NCBI RefSeq assembly: GCF_009914755.1
Contig: NC_060930.1
Reading direction: 5' to 3' (one strand)
Length of the DNA stretch: 64,000 bases
DNA from: the human T2T-CHM13v2.0 reference genome, Homo sapiens
This document shows positions 62,772 through 64,000 of this stretch, piece by piece. Position 1 is the stretch's first letter. Each line of letters opens with the position of its first letter. Made by a program: the position numbers and the translations under genes. The notes under the pieces were generated by a model that saw only the letters and a list, made by a program, of their open reading frames with translations, had not been told where the DNA came from and ran no database searches.

Positions 62772-63004
62772 TCCCTGAACATCTTTGATCCTCAGGGGTA
62801 TAGGTGGTAATATACATGATGGGAAATTCTTCCACTGCTTGCTCCAGGGAATAGTGAAGGGTGCAAGTTAGTCTCCATGTGTTGTTATCTGAATAGGCAG
62901 ACTTAAATGCATATTGTGGTAACTCTCTCTTGGGACTCAGAGTCGACGTTTTAAGGATCTTTCCTCTGACTCCCATTTTCCAGATGTGGGTCATGGAAGT
63001 TGCT
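62772..63004 (-). pseudogene. Pseudo-exon, LRRC37-like Cys N-cap
   Basis: ccttttctgatAG acceptor, GTGAGT donor. TTICI*VCL then (frameshift) LTCTLHYSLEQAVEEFPIMYITTY, versus LRRC37A [32 protein letters not shown]. Confidence 0.55.
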
Positions 63005-63094
63005 CTATCAGAAAAGGATGCTTTCTTCTTACAAACTTATTTACTCTCAAGGTCCATTTGTTAGATTGGACACCCCTGCTTTATATAGTCTAGA

Positions 63095-63260
63095 CGCCTG
63101 CTACTCAAAGTGGGCCCCCAGGCAGAAGCATCACCATTACCTAGGAACTTGTTAGAAATGCAGAATTCTGAGATCTACTTCAGACCTACTGAATCAGAAA
63201 CTGCCTTTTAAAAAGATCTCAGAGGATTAGCTTGCACATTAATATTTGACAAGCTATAGG
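63095..63260. mobile_element. MER5A
   Basis: ctactcaaagtg..cttgttagaaatgcagaattct..cagacctactgaatcagaaac. Confidence 0.88.
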
Positions 63261-64000
63261 TTTAGAGGATCCAAGTTCGGTAATATGAGAAATTAGAATA
63301 TCCTGGTCATCAAGAGTGACCAAAACAGCTCATTAACTTTTGTTTCTTTACTAGATTTCCTGTCGAGGAAGCACATAAATATGTTTCCCCATCCTCACCT
63401 TTCAAGACAAAATAAACACAATCAGAAGTTTCTGAAGCCCTCTGTGCAAGTAAATAAGCAGAAATTAGGTTTGCAGTTTGAGGATGTGAATTGGATATCC
63501 AGATTTATCTTTTCTGATTCAAATATATCAAATGTGTGTGTCTAAAATCCTTCTGAGGTTACCAAGCGGTTTTTAAAAAACCATGGTAGATTCTCTCGAA
63601 AAGAAAAAGAACATGTTCTTGGTTAAACAACTAAAATCAATGGAATGATTGAAAACAAATAAAGTGATCTTTTTGGCTCCAGATATACTTACAGGGTTTG
63701 AGATGTGGGTCATCAACTGCTGAGAAGCCAAGATCAACCAATTAAAATATGAGTGAATAAACAAGGAAAATAAGTAGGCACCAGGCTGAGTGCCACTACA
63801 AAGTAAAAGAGGTAGGAGGGTGAACACTACAAGACGCAAAGTGTCAAACACTGAGTGGATTGACAAGAAAAGTGGGTTCCATGTGGGTTGATTTTCCAAG
63901 TGGGTTTAAGGCTGAGATCTTGCTATACTGACAAAGAATCAAGGTGACTAAAATTCTAAAGAAACTGGAAGCAAGCATTAGCATCTTAAAGTTTGTGCTT

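Noticed and set aside
63399-63797. Upstream exons with GTGAGG and GTAAGT donors
   Set aside because: Plausible 5' exons, but with no homology or consistent frame to support them.

Overview
Primate (human-like) genomic DNA, dominated by interspersed repeats: about 30 Alus, L1/HAL1/L2/MIR fragments, MaLR and ERV LTRs including a solo HERV-H LTR7, Mariner/hAT MITEs, and Y1 and 7SL RNA retrocopies. I found no intact protein-coding gene; nearly all listed ORFs come from Alu, low-complexity or chance sequence. The main result lies in the unique gaps between repeats. These hold a chain of minus-strand segments, many bounded by AG/GT splice signals, spanning about 1.4-63 kb. Their translations resemble, in the correct order, LRRC37-family proteins: Cys N-cap, LRRs, LRR C-cap, 'FGSxQ' segment, C-terminal helical domain, TM-like exon and tail. 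The LRR module appears twice, and stops and frameshifts are frequent. I interpret this as a decayed multi-exon LRRC37-like gene, with a same-strand LTR7 inside it. The homology was judged by eye against remembered sequences and needs tBLASTn/HMM confirmation. Repeat subfamily names are by-eye calls and boundaries are approximate. Several local template-switch-type duplications are also present.
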